A DNA stretch of 54,293 bases from Candidatus Sericytochromatia bacterium (GTDB lineage: Bacteria > Cyanobacteriota > Sericytochromatia > S15B-MN24 > UBA4093), in the NCBI GenBank assembly GCA_036676495.1, contig JAKFCT010000023.1:1-54293 (forward strand), in the 5' to 3' direction. Of this stretch, positions 9,176-19,563 are shown piece after piece. Both the position numbers and the translations under genes were made by a program. The notes under the pieces were generated by a model that worked only from the letters and a program-made list of their open reading frames with translations, was not told the DNA's origin and did not search any database. Numbering within the stretch: the stretch's first letter is position 1; the number at the start of each line of letters is the position of its first letter.

Positions 9176-9931
9176 TTAAGGTTTGCTGGCCTGGCTTTGG
9201 ACCTGGGCGAGCGCCTCTTCCAGCGAGGAGTAGCGGCGGAAGCCCTCGTTGCGCTGGTCCATGACGAACGAGCCCTTGAGCGGGCCCATGGCCCCTTGAT
9301 ACTCCATGTTGAGGTGGCTGACCCCGAACATGCCCTTGCCGACCTCGTCGCGCTTGAGGAGGAGCTTGCCCTGCGTGACGTTGGGAGGGTAGGCATTGGG
9401 CGTGTAGCGGACCTCGCGGACGCGCTGGGCGTCGTCGAGGATCATGACGCCCTCGCCGTGTTGGTCGTCCTTGACGCTGCTGCTGAAGCGGATGGCCGTG
9501 AAGCCCGGGGCGCAGTCGGCGCAGTCCTCGAGTTCGAAGCGGTAGCTCTCGAGGTAGCGGGCGTCGTAGGGAGCCTTGAAGAAGCCCTTGCCCTCCTTGA
9601 AGGTGGCATTGGTCTGGGCTTCTTGCTTTTGAACCTGCTCTCGGGAGGCCTCCTTGCCGTTGGTGACGAGGCGCTCCATGACCATTTTCACGGGGATGCC
9701 GTCCTTGAGGACCATGAAGGCCTCGCTGCGGATCGTCTGATTGAGCATCGGGGCGCTGATCTGGCTGTCGGTGAGGGCTCTGAAGCCGATGACGCCCCGG
9801 ACGTCCCGGGCGTAGACCTTGGCGGCTTGCTTCACGAGGCTGAGGGCCTCCTCCGCCTGGGCGAGGGAAGGCCCTTGCGGGACGAGGCTCAGGGCGGCGG
9901 CGATCACGAGGGCGGGGGTGAGGCGACGCAT
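9176..9931 (-). CDS. Exported hypothetical protein
   Basis: GGAGG SD; Sec signal peptide MRRLTPALVIAAALSL...SLA; beta-rich body; CxxC (CADC). Confidence 0.8.
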   Translation of the reverse strand: MRRLTPALVIAAALSLVPQGPSLAQAEEALSLVKQAAKVYARDVRGVIGFRALTDSQISAPMLNQTIRSEAFMVLKDGIPVKMVMERLVTNGKEASREQVQKQEAQTNATFKEGKGFFKAPYDARYLESYRFELEDCADCAPGFTAIRFSSSVKDDQHGEGVMILDDAQRVREVRYTPNAYPPNVTQGKLLLKRDEVGKGMFGVSHLNMEYQGAMGPLKGSFVMDQRNEGFRRYSSLEEALAQVQSQASKP

Positions 9932-9952
9932 GGGACTCCTCCATGTCGGGGG

Positions 9953-10054
9953 GCTAGCGCCCGCGGCTGTTTCGAAAGGCAGCGAGAGATAGCCGTGAGC
10001 CTGGCACTATTCGGGTGAAAGCTCACTCTCGCTGTCCTGTAGAAACGCGCTAGC
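9953..10054 (-). promoter_or_regulatory. ~100-nt bulged stem-loop occupying the predicted 5' leader of the 9931 gene
   Basis: Nested complementary arms GCUAGCGC/GCGCUAGC, GUUUC/GAAAC, CAGCGAGAG/CUCUCGCUG, UGAGC/GCUCA. Confidence 0.55.
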
Positions 10055-10063
10055 TCTAGGAAA

Positions 10064-10092
10064 AGCATAGCGGACTCGGACCAAGCCCTCAA
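10064..10092 (-). promoter_or_regulatory. sigma-70 promoter candidate
   Basis: TTGAGG-N17-TATGCT on the minus strand; predicted start site just before the 10054 hairpin. Confidence 0.5.
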
Positions 10093-10170
10093 GCGTGGAA
10101 TCGGCCAAGCGATTTCGCTCGCGCGGACGAAGACACATGCCCCCAGGCGAGGCCTGGGGGCATGGTAACG

Positions 10171-10725
10171 CTAGGCCTTGGCCAGCTCGGCTTCGAGGGC
10201 CTGGGTCAGCTGGGGATCTTCCGGCGTGACGGTCGGAGCGAACCGGGCGACGACCTCGCCCTGGCGGTTGATCAGGAACTTCTCGAAGTTCCAAAGGATG
10301 TCCCCTTCTTCCTTCGGCCCCATGCCCTTGGCCTCGAGGCGCTGGTAGAGGTCGCTTCCTTCCTTGCCCAGGGAGGTCTTGCGGGTCTGGGTGAGGTAGG
10401 TGTAGAGGGGATGCTTGCCCTCGCCCTTGACGACGATCTTCTCGAACATCGGGAACTTCACGCCGAACTGGGTGCGGCAGAACTCCTGGATCTCCGCGTT
10501 GCTGCCGGGCTCCTGGGCTCCGAACTCGTTGGCGGGGAAGCCGAGGATTTCCAGGCCGCGGTCGTGGTACCGCTCGTAGATCGTTTCGAGGCCGGTGTAC
10601 TGGGGGGTCAGGCCGCACTCGGAGGCGACGTTGACGACAAGCAGCACCTTACCCTTGAATTCCGAGAGCGAGGCCGGCTTGCCGTCGATGCGGCGGACGT
10701 CGAAGTCGTGAATGGTCTGAGGCAT
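10171..10725 (-). CDS. gpx: Glutathione peroxidase family protein (Cys-type)
   Basis: VNVASECGLTPQY, LGFPANEFGAQEPG, WNFEKFL. Confidence 0.95.
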   Translation of the reverse strand: MPQTIHDFDVRRIDGKPASLSEFKGKVLLVVNVASECGLTPQYTGLETIYERYHDRGLEILGFPANEFGAQEPGSNAEIQEFCRTQFGVKFPMFEKIVVKGEGKHPLYTYLTQTRKTSLGKEGSDLYQRLEAKGMGPKEEGDILWNFEKFLINRQGEVVARFAPTVTPEDPQLTQALEAELAKA

Positions 10726-10819
10726 GAGCTTCCCTTTCTGGCGTGGAAGTCGAGGACGCGGAAAGGGTCAGTATAGGGAATCGGTGAGGCGGGCGTCAAA
10801 GCCCCGCGCGAGCACTCGC

Positions 10820-12064
10820 TTAGGAAGGGATCGAGCCGTCCTCGGCGGGGAGCGCGGCGGCGCGGAGCCGGCTTTCGGCCAGGACGTCGCGGAAGATCGA
10901 CTCGAACTGGCTGATCGATTCGCGCAGGGCGTGGTGCTGCACCAACTCCAGGCCGCGCTGGCCCAGTTTTTCGCGCAGGTCCGGGTCCTCGACGAGCTGG
11001 ACGATCCGGTCGGCGAGGTCGTCCGCGGATCCTGGCACGTGCAGGAAGCCGTTCACGCCGTGGTGGACGATCTCGGGGATGGCGCTGGCGTTGGCGCCGA
11101 TCAGCGGAAGGCCGGAGGCGGCGGCTTCCAGGAGGACCATGCCCTGGAGCTCGGCTTCGGAGGGCAGCACGAAGATGTCGGCGGCCCGGTAGATCAGCGG
11201 CAGGGTGGACTCGTCGACCATGCCGGTGAAGGTGACGTGGTCGGCGCAGTGGGCCTCCTGGATCATGGTGGGGACGTCCATGGGGCCGGAGCCGGTGAAG
11301 ACGACGTGGAAGGGGGCCCGGGCGAGGGCCTTGGGGAGGGCTTCCACCAGGACGTCCAGGCGCTTCTCGACGGACATGCGGCCGGCGTAAAGCAAGATGG
11401 GGCGGTCCAGGGGGAGGTTGAAGCGCTCCTTGAGGGAGCGTTTCTCCTCGGGGGAGGTGGGCTTGAAGAGGTGAAGGTCGACGCCGTTGGAGACGGGCAC
11501 GGCCTGCTTGGAGAGGCCGTTCTCGTAGAGCATGTCGCAGGCGAGGTTGGTCGGCGCGGTGACGAAGTCGCACTGGTCCAGGAGGGTGATGATCTCCTCC
11601 CAGTAGCGGGACTCGAAGACCTTGTAGGGGCGCCATTCCTTGTTGACCTTGAAGGGGACGAAGGGCAGGACGTTGTCCGGCATGGCGTGGTTGGTGGCGA
11701 CGACGGGGATGCCCATGCGCTTGGCGAACTTGAGGGCGATCGCCCCGATCAGGGCCGGCGTCTGGATGTGGATCACGTCGGGGCGGACCTTGGCGAGCGT
11801 GCGCTCGACCATGCCGTCGGGCAGCAGCGCGAAGCGCGGCGGGGCCTTCTTGCCGGGGCTGCTGATCAGGGGCGAGACCGAGCGGCAGCGGTAGACGGTG
11901 GTATTGCCGTCATGCTCGACGCTGTGCCGGAAGCTGAGGGCGGGGGCGATGACGGAGACCTGATGGCCTCGCTCGGCGAGGCCATGCGCCAGCCGCCGGC
12001 TGGAGATGGCGCTGCCACCCAGGGTCGGCGGGTAGTACTGGTCGGCGACCAAGAGGATCTTCAT
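10820..12064 (-). CDS. GT4 glycosyltransferase
   Basis: DQYYPPTLGG, PDVIHIQT, YAGRMSVEKRL, ELQGMVLLEAAASGLP. Confidence 0.9.
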   Translation of the reverse strand: MKILLVADQYYPPTLGGSAISSRRLAHGLAERGHQVSVIAPALSFRHSVEHDGNTTVYRCRSVSPLISSPGKKAPPRFALLPDGMVERTLAKVRPDVIHIQTPALIGAIALKFAKRMGIPVVATNHAMPDNVLPFVPFKVNKEWRPYKVFESRYWEEIITLLDQCDFVTAPTNLACDMLYENGLSKQAVPVSNGVDLHLFKPTSPEEKRSLKERFNLPLDRPILLYAGRMSVEKRLDVLVEALPKALARAPFHVVFTGSGPMDVPTMIQEAHCADHVTFTGMVDESTLPLIYRAADIFVLPSEAELQGMVLLEAAASGLPLIGANASAIPEIVHHGVNGFLHVPGSADDLADRIVQLVEDPDLREKLGQRGLELVQHHALRESISQFESIFRDVLAESRLRAAALPAEDGSIPS

Positions 12065-12215
12065 CGGTGAACGCTTCCCTCCTCAGGGATCGAGAGTCTC
12101 GGCGGCCTCGCCGGCCGAAGCGCCATTCGCACCCGAAACGGGGTCCCAGGCGGCGCGGTTACTGGCTTGTAAACGGGCGCATCTCACACGAGTCTGCCAG
12201 TCGAGGCCCGATTCG

Positions 12216-12551
12216 TCAAGCGCGGGCCAGGCCTCCGAAGATGCCGTTGACCAGGGAGATGACGAGCGCGGCGAGGATGGCCCAGCCGAAATGGGTCACG
12301 GAGATTCCGGGCACGAGGGCGGCGACCAGCCAGAGCACGAGCCCGTTGATGATCAGCAGGAAGAGACCGAGCGTCAAGATCGTGATGGGCAGCGAGAAGA
12401 AGACCAAGATCGGCTTGACGATCATGTTGGCGAGCCCGAGGACGGCGGCGCCGATCAGGGCGGGGACCAGACCGTCGACGCGAAATCCGGGCAAGAGGTA
12501 GGCGGCGAGGAGGAAGGCGATGGCGGCGATCAGCCACTGAACGAGGACCAC
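12216..12551 (-). CDS. 4-TM phage holin-like (YvlD) family membrane protein
   Basis: GTG start at 12551; LANMIVKPIL..FSLPITILTLGLFLLIING signature. Confidence 0.85.
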   Translation of the reverse strand: MVLVQWLIAAIAFLLAAYLLPGFRVDGLVPALIGAAVLGLANMIVKPILVFFSLPITILTLGLFLLIINGLVLWLVAALVPGISVTHFGWAILAALVISLVNGIFGGLARA

Positions 12552-14026
12552 GGAGCTCTCCGATCGATGAGATGGCCCGGCGGGGCGATGTCCAGGGCGT
12601 CGAGGATCATGGGCACGACGTCCTGGGTCCGCATGGGCCGCTGGGGCGGCGTCAGGCCGACCGTGAGCAAGGGGACGCAAGAATCCTCGCGGTGCAGGGA
12701 GCCGTGGTTGCCCTTCCCCATGGTGAAGCCCGTGGTGAACTCATACCCGAGTTTCGCGGTGATCACCATGTCGCATTCCCCGCTCAGACTGCCTTCCAGG
12801 CGTCCGAGGGCGTCGGGGAAGTCGCCGTCGAGCAGCGAGGGGCCGTTCTGGCGCAGGTCGAGCACGGACCAGTCTCCCTTGAGGCTCCAGCTGCGCCCGA
12901 AGGCGTCGCGGTGGGGGCCGCCGGGTTTCCAGCTCATGACCCGGCCCGTGCCGGCCTGCATGCAGGTGGTCCAGCCGTCCTCGGGGTTCTTCCATGCGAT
13001 CTGCTCGATGGAGGGCCAGTGCCGGAGTTCGTCCAGCAGGCGCTCGATTTGCGTGCGGTCGGCCAGGTAGAGCAGGGCGGAGCGGTCGTTGGGGGCGATC
13101 GCTAGGTCGTACGGACCTTGCTTGAGGCCGGCCCCTCCCAGGGGGGCCACCCGGAAGGTCTTGAACGCCCGGTAGACGTCGATGGCGTAGCCGGGAAAGC
13201 CCCCGATGGGGCTCTGGGCATGGTCTCCGACCAGGACCCAGCGGGCTTCGCGCACGGCGGCGTCCCAGGAGCCGTAGGCGTCCATGAGCTTGGCGAGCTG
13301 GCGATCGATGATCCGCAGGGAGTAGGCGCAGGCCATGGGGCCGTGCTGGTGGCTGCGCAGGTCGTGCTCGTTGAGGTAGATCAGCTGGAAGGCGGGACGC
13401 GCCTCGCGGATCATGCAGGCGCCGTAATCGCCCGCCCGGCGATCGGTGAGCCCGTACTTGAAGAGCGGGCCTTGCGCCTTGAAGCCCTGAGGCCTCAGGA
13501 CGTCCCCGTAATAGAAGTGCCGTGGGCCGCTCAGGGAGATTGCCTTGCCCAGGCCCGAGGCCCAGCGGATTAGCCAGGGCAACGTGATCGGGTGCTGGTG
13601 GCCGCCGCGCGAGATCGGGAAGTTCACGCAGCCGACCGGGAGGCCTTCGCGCTCCAGCAGCTCGAAGAGCGTCGGGGTGCTCGGGGCCAGGTGGGCGCCG
13701 TTCATGTCGACCAGGATGTCGCGCAGCACCCGCGGCAGGGTGCCCTGGCGCAGGCTCTGGGGAGAAGGCCAGTAATGGACGTAGCGGTCCTCCTCGCGGG
13801 AGTACCACATGATCCCCTGAATGCCGTGCGCTCCCGGAGGCGTCCCGGTCACCAGGGTGCTCAGGGCGGTCGGGGTCACGGTGGGAAAGGTCGAGATGCA
13901 GCCCGGATCGAGCAGTCCCGCGCGCAAGAGGTGCGCCAGGGCCGGCAGGCGGTCGAGTTCTTGCAGCAGGAGTCGGGGATGCCACGAGTCGATGATGATC
14001 AGGTGGATCGGACGCGGTGATTGCAT
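12530..14026 (-). CDS. Alkaline phosphatase superfamily / nucleotide pyrophosphatase-phosphodiesterase
   Basis: IIIDS, STFPTVTPTA (Thr nucleophile), HDLRSHQHGP, GDHAQ, GNHGSL. Confidence 0.85.
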   Translation of the reverse strand: MQSPRPIHLIIIDSWHPRLLLQELDRLPALAHLLRAGLLDPGCISTFPTVTPTALSTLVTGTPPGAHGIQGIMWYSREEDRYVHYWPSPQSLRQGTLPRVLRDILVDMNGAHLAPSTPTLFELLEREGLPVGCVNFPISRGGHQHPITLPWLIRWASGLGKAISLSGPRHFYYGDVLRPQGFKAQGPLFKYGLTDRRAGDYGACMIREARPAFQLIYLNEHDLRSHQHGPMACAYSLRIIDRQLAKLMDAYGSWDAAVREARWVLVGDHAQSPIGGFPGYAIDVYRAFKTFRVAPLGGAGLKQGPYDLAIAPNDRSALLYLADRTQIERLLDELRHWPSIEQIAWKNPEDGWTTCMQAGTGRVMSWKPGGPHRDAFGRSWSLKGDWSVLDLRQNGPSLLDGDFPDALGRLEGSLSGECDMVITAKLGYEFTTGFTMGKGNHGSLHREDSCVPLLTVGLTPPQRPMRTQDVVPMILDALDIAPPGHLIDRRAPWSSFSG

Positions 14027-14136
14027 GCCCCTCGCCTCTCTCCCATGCCCCGCTGCCGGGGCGTCCGCGTACCGGGCCGCGCGGGGCCTGGGCGGCCTCG
14101 GGGGGGCCCCGTCAAAAGCATCCAGGGCTCATGTAT

Positions 14137-14161
14137 ACTTCATGAAGTTTCGTGAAGTCAA
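14137..14161 (-). promoter_or_regulatory. Dyad operator overlapping a TTGACT -35 upstream of the phosphodiesterase gene
   Basis: ACTTCA-N10-TGAAGT (22 bp) in an AT-rich patch; minus strand reads TTGACTTCACGAAACTTCATGAAGTATACAT. Confidence 0.45.
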
Positions 14162-14229
14162 GGGCCGTGAGCTTCTCCCCCCGAGCGGGAGCCGCCTTTC
14201 AGCAGGCGATGGTGCCTGCGCGTCGGAGC

Positions 14230-14670
14230 TTACTGCGGATGCTTGATCACCAGCACGGAGCACGGAGCATGGGTGGTGATCTTGTCGGAGACCGACCCCA
14301 GCAGGAAGCGCCGCATGCCCGTGCGGCCATGCGAGCCGACCACGATCAGGCCGACCCCTTCGGACTGCGCCAGCTCCAGGATCTCCGTCGCCGGATCGCC
14401 TTCCCGGAAAATCAACCGGGGCTTGAAGCCTTGGCGCTCCAGCACCGCCCCTCCCTTGGACAGGGTCTCCTCGCCTTCGGCCCGGAGCTGGTCAGCCAGG
14501 GCCGCGTAATCGATGTACGGGGGGCCGACGATCCCAATGGCACCCGCGCTGGGATTCGGGCTCACGGTGACCAGCAAGACCTCCTCGGTCCGTGCCGGCA
14601 TGTAGTCGCCCATGCGCTCCAGGGCGCGCTGCGAGTACTCGGAGCCGTCGGTGGCTATCAGCACCTTCAT
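14230..14670 (-). CDS. Universal stress protein
   Basis: MKVLIATDGSEYS, GDPATEIL, LIVVGSHGRTGMRRFLLGSVS..APCSVLV; SD GGAGGA before ATG 14670. Confidence 0.93.
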   Translation of the reverse strand: MKVLIATDGSEYSQRALERMGDYMPARTEEVLLVTVSPNPSAGAIGIVGPPYIDYAALADQLRAEGEETLSKGGAVLERQGFKPRLIFREGDPATEILELAQSEGVGLIVVGSHGRTGMRRFLLGSVSDKITTHAPCSVLVIKHPQ

Positions 14671-14947
14671 GAGGATCCTCCTCTTCGTTGAATCTGCCCC
14701 CTCAGCATACCATCCCCCGATCCGGCGATCCCCCGGGATTCCTACCGATCTTTCGCTTGCCCGCATGGGCGCGGATCCCGGCCGAAACCCTGTGACTAAG
14801 CGGGTTTTTGGGTCGGGCGGAGGCTTGGCATGCACGCGCGGGAGCGCCTGCCAACCTGACGTGGGAATGCTATGATGGAGACCGATGCTCCCTTCATGGA
14901 CTTCCCCTCGGCTCCCCCCGGAATGCTCAGGAAGGACTCCTCACCGC

Positions 14948-16066
14948 ATGGCCATCCACGCAGCGAAACTCGACTCCGTCTTCATGCAGCGCGCGCTCGA
15001 ACTCGCCACCCAGGGCCGAGGCTGGGCCAGTCCCCATGCCATGGCGGGAGCGGTCGTCGTCAAGGAGGGGCAGATCGTCGGAGAGGGCTTCCTCCCCGGC
15101 ATGGGCAAGGAGCATGCCGAGGTCTTCGCGCTGGATGCGGCCGGAGAGGCCGCCATGGGCGCGACGCTCTACCTCAACCTCGAACCCTGCCTCGCGTGCG
15201 TCCGCCGGATCCAGGAGGCGGGGATCGCCAAGGTCATCCTCGCCACCGAGGAGCCCAACCCCATGACCTCCGGGCGCGGCCTCATGGCCCTGCGCGAGGC
15301 CGGCATCCCCACCGAGATCGGGGACTCCGCCGAGGCGGCCCGCCGCCTCAACGAAATCTACTTCCGCTACATCGCGACCAAGCGCCCCTTCGTGGCCATC
15401 CGCACCGCCATGAGCCTCGACGGCAAGATCGCCACCTCCCTCGGAGAGAGCCAGTACATCTCCGGGCCCGAGTCCGCCGCGCACCTTCAATTGCTCCGCG
15501 CCACCTTCGACGCGGTGATGCTGGGCATCAACACCGTCCTCCAGGACGATCCCGACCCGGATTGCTCCCTGCCGCGCAGCCGCAACCCCCTGCGGATCGT
15601 GATCGACTCGATGGCCCGCACCCCCACCACCGCCAAGGTGCTCGGGAAGCCCGGCACGGGCATGATCCGCCCCATGACGATCGTGGCGGTGACCAAGTAC
15701 GCCCCCGAGGACCGGATCCGAGCCCTCCAGGCCGCCGGCGCGGAAGTGCTGGTGGTCAGCGAGACCGGCGATCGGCTCGATCCTCACGTCGACCTGTCCA
15801 AGCTCATGCAGGTCCTCGGACGCCGGGGTATCACCTCCGTGCTCATCGAGGGAGGAGCCAACCTCAACGCCGCCGCCCTGCAAGCCGGCATCGTCGAGAA
15901 GCTCTACATGACCGTCGCTCCCCTCATCCTCGGAGGCCCGGCTCCCACGCCGGTCGCCGGCATGGGAGTGACCTTCGTCGAGGAGGCCATGCGCCTTCAG
16001 CGCATGAGCTGCTGCAAGCTCGGCCCCGACCTGCTGGTCGAGGCCTATCTCTGCGACGAGGGCTAG
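14948..16066 (+). CDS. ribD: RibD-like deaminase/reductase with divergent deaminase domain
   Basis: HAE and LEPC zinc motifs; reductase AMSLDGKIA, GINTVLQDDP, VLIEGGANL. Confidence 0.8.
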   Translation: MAIHAAKLDSVFMQRALELATQGRGWASPHAMAGAVVVKEGQIVGEGFLPGMGKEHAEVFALDAAGEAAMGATLYLNLEPCLACVRRIQEAGIAKVILATEEPNPMTSGRGLMALREAGIPTEIGDSAEAARRLNEIYFRYIATKRPFVAIRTAMSLDGKIATSLGESQYISGPESAAHLQLLRATFDAVMLGINTVLQDDPDPDCSLPRSRNPLRIVIDSMARTPTTAKVLGKPGTGMIRPMTIVAVTKYAPEDRIRALQAAGAEVLVVSETGDRLDPHVDLSKLMQVLGRRGITSVLIEGGANLNAAALQAGIVEKLYMTVAPLILGGPAPTPVAGMGVTFVEEAMRLQRMSCCKLGPDLLVEAYLCDEG

Positions 16067-16072
16067 CCGCCT

Positions 16073-17857
16073 CTACCGCGCCCGCATGGGCTCGACCCGG
16101 GCGATCGCCCGGACCACTTCCCCGCGCTCCTTGAAGTAAGCCAGGGCCTCCAACAGGACCTGCGTCTGCCGCTGCAAGCTCTCCGCGGTCCGATCCACCC
16201 GATCCCCGCTGTCGATCACCTGCTCGCACTCTTGGCGCTGCCGGCCCGCCGCATGGCTCACGCCATGGGTCATCCGGGTCATCGCCGTCACCTCCGAGAG
16301 GATCTGCGCGCTACCCTCGGCCTGGATTCGGGTCGCGGCCGTCACCTTCTCGGTCAAGCCGGCCATGCCCTCCACCTCGCGCAGCACATGCTCCACCGAC
16401 TGGCTCTGATCCCGGGTTGCCCGGAGGATCTCGGCCATGTGCTCGGAGACCTGCTCGACCGACGTGACGATGGCCCGGAGGGAATCCCCGGCGGTCCGCG
16501 CCCGCTGAGTGCCTTCGCGGATGGCCGCCTCTCCCTGCTGCGTCCGGCTGATGGCCAGCCCGGTCTCCTTCTGGACCCCCTGGATCAGCTTGGCGATCTC
16601 CCCGGTAGCCTGGGCCGAGCGCTCGGCCAGCTTGCGGACCTCGTCGGCGACCACCGCGAAGCCGCGGCCGTGCTCGCCGGCCCGCGCCGCCTCGATGGCC
16701 GCGTTGAGGGCCAAGAGGTTGGTCTGCTCGGCGATGTCGTCGATCACCGAAATGATCTCCCCGATCTCCTCCGAGGAGCGCCCCAGCCCCGTGATGACGG
16801 TGACGACGTCCGAGATGGCGCGCTCGATCCGGCTCATGCCCTCGATGGTCCGCTCCACGGCGACCCGTCCCGCCTGGGCGGCGCCGGAGCTGCTCTCGGC
16901 GGCGAGGCTCGCCTGGTTGACGTTGCCGCTCACATGCTCCAGCGTCCGGGCCATCTCCGAGATCCGTGACGCGCTCTGCTCAACCGCGGCCGTGAGCGCC
17001 TCCGCATGGTCCGCCACCTCCTGAATCGACGCCGCCATCTCCGCGAGGGCCTCGGTCGTCTCTCCCGCCGAGCCGGCCAGCGTCTCGGAGTTCCCGGCCA
17101 CCACTTGGACCGAGGAGCTGATCTTCGAGATGGCCTGCTGGGACAGGCTCGAGGCTTCGGTGAGCTGGGTCGCGGTCTCCCCGAGGATCCGGCCCGTCTG
17201 CATGGTCTGTCCCAGGGCCTCCGAGAGGACGTGCTTGATCGCTTCGTAGCGGTCCGAAAGATCGTGGCGCTCGCTGGGGACCGCCATCTGGCTCAGGTCG
17301 AAGCCGATCGTCTCGAACTGATCGTGCAGGAAGGCCTCGGTGATGGCCTGCATGTCATAGTTGAAGACCGTCAGGACGGCGCGTTCCGCTCGGCTGCGCA
17401 GGATCGGCCGGTGCCAGTAGCTGGCGCGCAGGTACTTGCGCACCAGGTCGAAGTAGAACGCGTAGCTGCCGAGGTACCACTTCAGCGGAAGGTTGATGAG
17501 GTTGTGAAGCTTGCCGATGTGGAGGCGCTTCTCGAAGTAGCTGACGCCGAACCCCCCGCCCGAGGCCGCCTCGGCGAAGATCTGCCGGAAGTAGGCGGCT
17601 TGCGACGTCTCCAGATGCTTCCGCAAGTCGCCGAGGGGCACGTTGCGCCGACGCGCATGCGCCTCGAAGAACTCGCGCGTCGCCGGAAACGTGAACTGAT
17701 GCGCGTAGAACTCCTGGGCCACCGCGATGGAGATACGGTCCGCCCAGGGTTTGAGCTGCTTGAGGACCTGGAAATCCCCTGCTCCCAGTCCCATGAACTG
17801 CTTCCGCAAGTCGAGGTTGGCGTCGGTAATGCGATACAAGGAGCTCAGCTGCGACAT
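16073..17857 (-). CDS. Globin-coupled sensor methyl-accepting chemotaxis protein (HemAT-like, soluble)
   Basis: N-terminal protoglobin (FYAHQF..., [20 protein letters not shown]); MCP hairpin [40 protein letters not shown]. Confidence 0.92.
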   Translation of the reverse strand: MSQLSSLYRITDANLDLRKQFMGLGAGDFQVLKQLKPWADRISIAVAQEFYAHQFTFPATREFFEAHARRRNVPLGDLRKHLETSQAAYFRQIFAEAASGGGFGVSYFEKRLHIGKLHNLINLPLKWYLGSYAFYFDLVRKYLRASYWHRPILRSRAERAVLTVFNYDMQAITEAFLHDQFETIGFDLSQMAVPSERHDLSDRYEAIKHVLSEALGQTMQTGRILGETATQLTEASSLSQQAISKISSSVQVVAGNSETLAGSAGETTEALAEMAASIQEVADHAEALTAAVEQSASRISEMARTLEHVSGNVNQASLAAESSSGAAQAGRVAVERTIEGMSRIERAISDVVTVITGLGRSSEEIGEIISVIDDIAEQTNLLALNAAIEAARAGEHGRGFAVVADEVRKLAERSAQATGEIAKLIQGVQKETGLAISRTQQGEAAIREGTQRARTAGDSLRAIVTSVEQVSEHMAEILRATRDQSQSVEHVLREVEGMAGLTEKVTAATRIQAEGSAQILSEVTAMTRMTHGVSHAAGRQRQECEQVIDSGDRVDRTAESLQRQTQVLLEALAYFKERGEVVRAIARVEPMRAR

Positions 17858-18053
17858 GGCGTAACCTTCTTTCTCGAGGCGGAAGTCGAACGTGAAAACG
17901 TTTGCTCGTTAGATGGGGTTACGTTACAGGATAGTACAAAAATCCGGACATTGGGGGGCTTTCCGAAAAAAATTCCGCCAGCACGACCGCAGGTCAAGAT
18001 TTCGAGCCCCCTGCGCCGTTGGGCGGGGGCTCGAAGGGAGGTCTGGGGGGAGG

Positions 18054-19421
18054 CTACTCGGCGGCGCGCTTCCCGAGGGCGGCTCTCCAGACCTGGAAGA
18101 GGATCAAGAGGGCGCCGAACGAGAGGAACCCCGTGTCATGTCGGCGGAGCGGCGGCCGGACGGCCTGGTAGATCGCGTAGGCCAGCGGGCTGATCCAGCG
18201 GTGGACCGTCTTGGAGACGCGCGAGGTCTTCATGTAGACGTTGAGGGGGCCGGTCTTGCTGCGGCCCTGGCGGCTGGGAGCGGGAAGGGGGCGGCCCGCC
18301 GCGACGTCCTTGAAGACCCCGTAAGCCCCCTTGGGGCTGCGGTCATGGCGCAGGAGCCCAAAGTGGTACTCAATGCCCACCACCTCGTGGTGCTCGCCGC
18401 CGAAGATGGACTCGGCGGGCGGATCCTGGAGCTCGTAGGCGTTGATCACGTGATGGCGGTTGTGCGGCCAGCGATCGGGCCGCATCCGATCGGCCAGGTA
18501 CGGGAGCGCCTCGGCGTACCAGGCCTCCATCGACTCCTCGCTGTGGTCATCCGGAAAGAAGTTCATGCGCGGCCGCTTGAGGATGGGGACGTTCTGGCAG
18601 CTGGAGTAGCCCAGTTCCCCCAGGATCACCGTCTTGCCGTACCAGGCCGAGCGCGGATCGTGGACTCGCTTGGAGGCTTCGTCGAGGCAATCCCAGGCCA
18701 GGGGCCCCACTCCGGGAATCCAGGTATCCGGGTAGTGATCGATCGCGATCACGTCGATGGCGTCGCCCGCCCGGGAGAGCAAGTGATCGGTGAAGTGCTC
18801 CCACTCGGTCCAGTTGGGCAAGGCCGCCGGGGTGAAGTCGTTGAGGTTGGTGATGGCGTTGTAGACGATGCTCGCCCCCTCCGGCAGCTCCGCGCGGGCG
18901 ATCCGGAACAAGGGCACCAGCGCCTGCCAGTTCACTCCCGTCGGAAGGGTGACCTTCCAGCCGCCGACCGAAAAGGCCTTGGTGTGAAAGAGGTTGAAGT
19001 CGTCCTTGAGGTGCGAGAGGTAATTGTTCGGCTCGTTCCAGACCTGGTAGAGCGTCACCCAGTCCGAGAACTCCCGCCCGATCATGCGGCAGTAGCCCCT
19101 CCAGGCCTCCAGAAAGGCCTCCAGATCCGCGTGGACCAGCTCGCATGCCCAGCGGGGAGGGTTGTACATGACCGCGTAGACGCCGATGCCCGCCTGGGAA
19201 AGCGTCGCGAAGAAGTGGCGGTACCACTGGACGGCGTCGGAGTCGAAGCCGTCGGCCTCGGGCTGAACCAGGGTCCAGAGGATGTCGACGCGCACCATCG
19301 TCACGCCGAGGTCCTGAAGCTGTGCCACGGCCCAATCGGTGTTGGCGTGAAGCTCGGGGACCGAGAGCGTCGGGGAGAGACGGTAGGGATTGAGGTTGAC
19401 GCTGAAGTTCAACTTTGGCAT
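18054..19421 (-). CDS. Clan GH-A glycoside hydrolase with C-terminal hydrophobic anchor
   Basis: VRVDILW, acid/base WNEPN, DHYP, nucleophile LGELGY; hydrophobic tail FLSFGALLILFQVW. Confidence 0.75.
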   Translation of the reverse strand: MPKLNFSVNLNPYRLSPTLSVPELHANTDWAVAQLQDLGVTMVRVDILWTLVQPEADGFDSDAVQWYRHFFATLSQAGIGVYAVMYNPPRWACELVHADLEAFLEAWRGYCRMIGREFSDWVTLYQVWNEPNNYLSHLKDDFNLFHTKAFSVGGWKVTLPTGVNWQALVPLFRIARAELPEGASIVYNAITNLNDFTPAALPNWTEWEHFTDHLLSRAGDAIDVIAIDHYPDTWIPGVGPLAWDCLDEASKRVHDPRSAWYGKTVILGELGYSSCQNVPILKRPRMNFFPDDHSEESMEAWYAEALPYLADRMRPDRWPHNRHHVINAYELQDPPAESIFGGEHHEVVGIEYHFGLLRHDRSPKGAYGVFKDVAAGRPLPAPSRQGRSKTGPLNVYMKTSRVSKTVHRWISPLAYAIYQAVRPPLRRHDTGFLSFGALLILFQVWRAALGKRAAE

Positions 19422-19563
19422 GCGGACTCCTTCCCTTTTCTATGCCCGGGACGGCATGATCCTAACCGCGCAAGCGGGGTGGGCCCCCGGGAGCGGCGAT
19501 CGCGGGGCTGCCGCGACCGCTGTGGGGCCAAGCACGCCTTGTGAAGGCCCGGTATAATGGCAT

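Noticed and set aside
12216-12551. Prophage lysis cassette (holin)
   Set aside because: YvlD-type 4-TM family is commonly chromosomal; no phage genes nearby
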